IMG/VR virus record: IMGVR_UViG_2537561979_000003
Strand: one strand, 5' to 3'
Origin: a virus
Lineage: Duplodnaviria; Heunggongvirae; Uroviricota; Caudoviricetes
DNA: 64,000 nucleotides
In this document: in pieces, positions 62,989 to 64,000 of the stretch
Numbering within the stretch: position 1 is the first letter of the stretch
How the letters are laid out: each line of letters starts with the position of its first letter
Notes under the pieces: generated by a model
What the model was told of the DNA's origin: nothing
What the model saw: the letters and a program-made list of their open reading frames with translations, nothing else
Database searches by the model: none
Program-made: the position numbers and the translations under genes

Positions 62989-63343
62989 CATCCGGCGCTG
63001 TACTGGTATTTGTTGCCGTCACCGCGTCAATGTAATCCAGCACAGCGTTAAGCCGGGTTGTTTCTGCCTGCATCAACTTCCGTCCGGCCTGTAATTTCAG
63101 TTGAATCAGACTGATGGAAGCCATTGCAGTATCAATCAGCGACTGGCGCTGTGCTTCTGCTGCATCTACTGCGGCGCCATGCTGTGCCTCGGTATCCGTC
63201 ACCCATTTCTCACCATCCCATTCATCGTATGGCGTTAACGGGGCGATAGTGGTTGTATTTTCAGGATAATCACCCGGAGCTGTGATTTCTTTCGATTCTC
63301 CTGTTTCGGTGCTATAGATGATTTCACCGCGATGGTCTGGCAC
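62960..63343 (-). CDS. Alternative tail-fibre assembly protein (U'-like), inverted orientation
   Basis: C-terminal ..APDVIWPELPEA; 3' end overlaps U by 29 nt. Confidence 0.55.
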   Translation of the reverse strand: MPDHRGEIIYSTETGESKEITAPGDYPENTTTIAPLTPYDEWDGEKWVTDTEAQHGAAVDAAEAQRQSLIDTAMASISLIQLKLQAGRKLMQAETTRLNAVLDYIDAVTATNTSTAPDVIWPELPEA

Positions 63344-63442
63344 ATATTCCCATGAGTTAAAATCTGCAGAACGGCAGATTGCATAACCAGCTTTATGTGT
63401 AACTGGTGCATCTAAACAAGAACATGCCGGGATACCGACGCC

Positions 63443-64000
63443 GGTGATGCTGCCAACTTACTGATTTAGTGTATGATGGTGTTTTTGAGGTGCTCCAGTG
63501 GCTTCTGTTTCTATCAGCTGTCCCTCCTGTTCAGCTACTGACGGAGTGGTGCGTAACGGCAAAAGCACCGCCGGACATCAGCGCTATCTCTGCTCTCATT
63601 GCCGTAAAACATGGCAACTGCAGTTCACTTACACCGCTTCTCAACCCGGTACGCACCAGAAAATCATTGATATGGCCATGAATGGCGTTGGATGCCGGGC
63701 AACCGCCCGCATTATGGGCGTTGGCCTCAACACGATTTTCCGCCATTTAAAAAACTCAGGCCGCAGTCGGTAACCTCGCGCATACAGCCGGGCAGTGACG
63801 TCATCGTCTGCGCGGAAATGGACGAACAGTGGGGATACGTCGGGGCTAAATCGCGCCAGCGCTGGCTGTTTTACGCGTATGACAGGCTCCGGAAGACGGT
63901 TGTTGCGCACGTATTCGGTGAACGCACTATGGCGACGCTGGGGCGTCTTATGAGCCTGCTGTCACCCTTTGACGTGGTGATATGGATGACGGATGGCTGG
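63443..64000 (+). mobile_element. IS1 (left end and insA; element continues beyond window)
   Basis: GGTGATGCTGCCAACTTACTGATTTAGTGTATGATGG terminal repeat at 63443; insA then insB' reading frame. Confidence 0.9.
63498..63773 (+). CDS. insA: IS1 InsA
   Basis: 91-aa [43 protein letters not shown].. Confidence 0.9.
   Translation: MASVSISCPSCSATDGVVRNGKSTAGHQRYLCSHCRKTWQLQFTYTASQPGTHQKIIDMAMNGVGCRATARIMGVGLNTIFRHLKNSGRSR

Overview
This 64-kb window is almost entirely a segment of a P1/P7-family phage-plasmid (a temperate myovirus maintained as a plasmid in Enterobacteriaceae). Hallmarks visible directly in the sequence: repA preceded by five ~21-bp iterons, tandem DnaA boxes and a GATC cluster (oriR) and followed by an iteron field (incA); parA-parB with a parS-like region; pacA/pacB terminase pair with 3+4 TGATCA hexamers inside pacA (pac site); phd-doc toxin-antitoxin; a UmuD'-like humD behind a LexA box; a 754-aa fused C5-cytosine/N6-adenine methyltransferase (dmt); a DnaB-type helicase (ban); three phage tRNAs (Asn-GUU, Thr-UGU, CAU-anticodon Ile2/Met type); a Ser/Thr phosphatase; a 1140-aa tape-measure-like protein with a lytic-transglycosylase domain (sit); late tail/baseplate operons; an S-U/U' invertible tail-fibre segment interrupted by IS1; and eleven copies of a 17-bp C1-operator-like sequence (ATTGCTCTAATAAATTT family). 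Against this backbone, the parts that look accessory or unusual are: (i) an AT-rich three-gene island at 45.2-46.95 kb (DUF3800-like protein plus partner, and a convergent small gene), my best candidate for an undescribed cargo system; (ii) an AT-rich SOS-box-adjacent island at 7.2-9.3 kb; (iii) an array of long tRNA-like hairpins between the tRNA genes; (iv) a second icd-ant-like antirepressor module next to pacB at the window start; (v) a paralogous pair of GSGPS-motif proteins and glycosyltransferase-like genes. All gene and family names come from motif recognition and synteny as I remember phage P1. No database search was possible, so identities and any claim of novelty need BLAST/HMM confirmation. 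Starts of several genes were refined by eye from the ORF track and may be off by a few codons.
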